Positions 29,427 to 31,927 of a DNA stretch of 31,927 bases are shown piece after piece (position 1 is the stretch's first letter; the number at the start of each line of letters is the position of its first letter). Position numbers and translations under genes: made by a program. Below the pieces are notes generated by a model. The model was given only the letters and a program-made list of their open reading frames with translations, searched no databases and was not told the origin of the DNA. Origin of the DNA: a bacterium (lineage in GTDB: Bacteria; SZUA-182; DTGQ01; JAFGSM01); contig JBLIRP010000043.1 of assembly GCA_049472355.1 (NCBI GenBank), positions 1 to 31,927 on the forward strand, given 5' to 3'.

Positions 29427-30001
29427 GAGCATATCCTCCCTTATTTTATAATCATCAATGAGGCTTCGAAATAACCCTTGCGACGGCCATACCCAAGCCA
29501 CGCTACATCTATTCACCTCCCTCGAAAAGGACTTTTCCCTGTTTCATCCCATGGTGAATCCGTCCATTTTATTTCTCGGTACCCAAAAAGGTCGAAAAGA
29601 TATCTCTCCCTCCAGGGCTTCTTATTGCTTTATATAAATAGACGAAATGCAATCCTTTTTTCCTCGATGGATCGCTTTGTCACTTTTTATGACTGATGGA
29701 AGGGAGGTTGCGTAATCCTGTGCAGGTGCATCTCCTTATATTCACGGTCGTACAAAGATATGGCGATATGCATCTCCACTGATGGCTTGATTGATTAGCA
29801 GCTTTACTGGTCATCAGCCCTTATTTTGGTGTATTGCCAAGAGCAGTAGTATAATAAAATATGTACATTTGTCTTTATATTTTCCATACATTGCGTGCCA
29901 CAGTTGTCCATTCTTTTTAGACCGCCTTTTCCTTTGGATACGGGTATGAGCCCTTATGAAATCATAAGATCCATGGATGTTTCATATAAGAAGAGGAACG
30001 A

Positions 30002-31420
30002 ATGACACCATCGAAGGAAGTGATGACATTCACCGCACTTCTTATCCTGTCAATTGCTGTCTGCACCCAGGCAGGGCCTGTGCCAGACACAGGCCAGACC
30101 CAATCGTACACGGACACCTTCGGGGAGGATTCGGACTATACGATCAACCCACAATCATACACAAAGCTGGATGGACAGGGGAACGCCATTCCTGATTCCG
30201 CCTCGTCATGGGCAATGGTGAAGGACAATGTCACAGGATTGATCTGGGAGGTCAAGAGCGAAGGGGGAAAGATTCAGAACAAGAACAACGTATATAACTG
30301 GAATGATGCCCAAAGTGTGTTTATCACCCAATTGAATGAACTAAACTTCGGAGGGTACTCCGACTGGCGATTGCCCACGGTAAAAGAGCTGGCAAGCATA
30401 GTGAACAGCGGAAGAAGCGATCCATCCATGAATACGGATTATTTTCCAAACACGACGTCATCCCGTTATTGGTCATCCACTGTCTATATCTACAATTCCG
30501 ATAGTTCGTGGTATGTGGATTTCGACGAAGGTGGAGTCTGGTACTACAATAAGTCGAATTCCTATTATGTGCGCGCTGTGCGGGGTGGGCACTCCTCTAA
30601 CACCTTTATGATCAATGGTGATGGTACGGTCACGGACACATCTACCGGCCTGATGTGGCAGCAGGAGACCTCAGGGCCAATGACATGGGAGTCTGCCGTT
30701 AGCTATTGCAAAGGCATTGTTTTAGGTGGACGGAGTGACTGGAGGCTTCCAAACAGGAATGAGATACAATCAGTTGTGGATTATGCAACATATTTTCCTG
30801 CAATCGATACAATTGCCTTTCCTGATACGATATCGGAGGGGTATTGGTCGTCCACTACCAGTGCCAGCAATTCCGTCTGCGCGTGGTTCGTGTATTTCGA
30901 TGTCGGTGTCATCCTAAAACACTACTATAAGTCGTTTCCGTTTTATGTTCGAGCCGTGCGAGGTCCGCATACCTACATAAACCTCCCTGCGGGCTGGAAC
31001 ATGGTATCCCTGCCGGTCGCTCCTGATGATGCCACCGCATCTACTGTCTTCCCCGGCGCTAAGGCCATATACAAGTTTGAACGACAAAAAGGGTATAAAC
31101 GCGTGAAGCCCGGCGATAGCCTTGAAACAGGCAGGGGATACTGGATACTCCTCTCCGAAGGAAAGACCTTTACCCTGATCGGTGCCCCCATCGATGGTTA
31201 TACCCACACAGTCAGTGAAGGGTGCTGGGCAATGATCGGGGGGTGCTCCAGATCGGGAATCGCTTCGGCAACCGACTGTTCCATAGCGGTGATCTACGGG
31301 TATACCCCTGGGGATGGCTATCAGCGTGTTTCTCCTGAGAATCTCGATTCGGGCAAGGGGTACTGGATATTTCTCAATAACGTCGGTGAGCAGGCAGAAC
31401 TCAGGGTTACTCCGAAATAA
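30002..31420 (+). CDS. Secreted protein with two DUF1566 (Lcl/CLec-fold) domains and a C-terminal GW...GYW module
   Basis: Signal peptide; PDTGQ; two copies of DxxTGLxW...DWRLP...YWSST...W.V.F...YVRAVRG. Confidence 0.92.
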   Translation: MTPSKEVMTFTALLILSIAVCTQAGPVPDTGQTQSYTDTFGEDSDYTINPQSYTKLDGQGNAIPDSASSWAMVKDNVTGLIWEVKSEGGKIQNKNNVYNWNDAQSVFITQLNELNFGGYSDWRLPTVKELASIVNSGRSDPSMNTDYFPNTTSSRYWSSTVYIYNSDSSWYVDFDEGGVWYYNKSNSYYVRAVRGGHSSNTFMINGDGTVTDTSTGLMWQQETSGPMTWESAVSYCKGIVLGGRSDWRLPNRNEIQSVVDYATYFPAIDTIAFPDTISEGYWSSTTSASNSVCAWFVYFDVGVILKHYYKSFPFYVRAVRGPHTYINLPAGWNMVSLPVAPDDATASTVFPGAKAIYKFERQKGYKRVKPGDSLETGRGYWILLSEGKTFTLIGAPIDGYTHTVSEGCWAMIGGCSRSGIASATDCSIAVIYGYTPGDGYQRVSPENLDSGKGYWIFLNNVGEQAELRVTPK

Positions 31421-31653
31421 CACACCTGAGGTGGATAGGACGCCGTTTCAGGGATTATCCCACATCGAAACGCACCCTTGTCACGGGTTCATTTTTCATC
31501 GACACCGAATGAAAATCTGCAGTAACCAATTGCTGAAATACATTGATTATCAAGTTATCGGCACAAACAGCAGTCCATCACTATTTGTTCTTTATGCAAA
31601 GAGAAGTAATTGATACCTGACGGTTTTGCCGGCGGCCCCATTCACGGACCCCG

Positions 31654-31927
31654 TTAAGAATTACGGCGTGGATATTGTGCTGATAACTCTCTCAAAAGCT
31701 TGATAAAGGCATCGACCCGTGGCCCCCAATTCTTGATATCCACGGAAGGGTATCTCCTTGCGTAATCACCAGGGATTGAGATTCCCAGGCTGTCTCTTAC
31801 TCCCTCGGCCAAGCCATCGCGAAAGCCCTCAACGGTGGTCTCCCCTTGCAGGCATCCAAAGTTTAACCACAGCTTCCCATCAGAGCTCACACTAAGAAAG
31901 GCCTTGGAGAATACCCTTGGGTCGCTG
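31654..31927 (-). CDS. C-terminal part of a hypothetical protein (starts beyond the window end)
   Basis: The frame is open to the window edge: SDPRVFSKAFLSVSSDGKLWLNFG... Confidence 0.6.
   Translation of the reverse strand, partial: SDPRVFSKAFLSVSSDGKLWLNFGCLQGETTVEGFRDGLAEGVRDSLGISIPGDYARRYPSVDIKNWGPRVDAFIKLLRELSAQYPRRNS

Noticed and set aside
11560..31927. Integron cassette array
   Set aside because: No integrase; genes lie on both strands with their own promoters; no paired RYYYAAC/GTTRRRY attC found (the GTTAGAC near 14272 has no partner)

Overview
Bacterial chromosomal window, probably from an anaerobe with Desulfobacterota-like gene content (lineage is an inference). Bases 1-~11.56 kb are a GC-rich housekeeping block: 5' part of cmk, an NADP-isocitrate dehydrogenase, a YhaO/YhaN (Mre11/Rad50-like) pair, an MgtC-family protein, a disulfide oxidoreductase-thioredoxin reductase fusion, and an HD protein plus 4Fe-4S protein behind a CRP/FNR-type box. 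From ~11.56 kb to the end is a mosaic accessory region where five toxin-antitoxin modules (MNT-HEPN, RHH-PIN, MenA/MenT-like, and two AbrB-PIN copies, one decayed) alternate with secreted modular proteins (lipoproteins, a Trp/Tyr/Gln-repeat protein, Kelch, LVIVD/HYR, double DUF1566) and several gene relics. The most unusual signals are: (1) a 33-aa CxxC-x14-CxxC zinc-ribbon-like insertion in the IDH active-site loop, just before the serine equivalent to E. coli Ser113; (2) DGR-style variable regions in the DUF1566 protein, with no RT or template repeat in the window; (3) a shared C-terminal module on two unrelated proteins; (4) a duplicated TA module bracketing two cargo genes. No rRNA, tRNA, CRISPR array, integrase or intact transposase was found. 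All family calls come from motif recognition by eye, not database searches.
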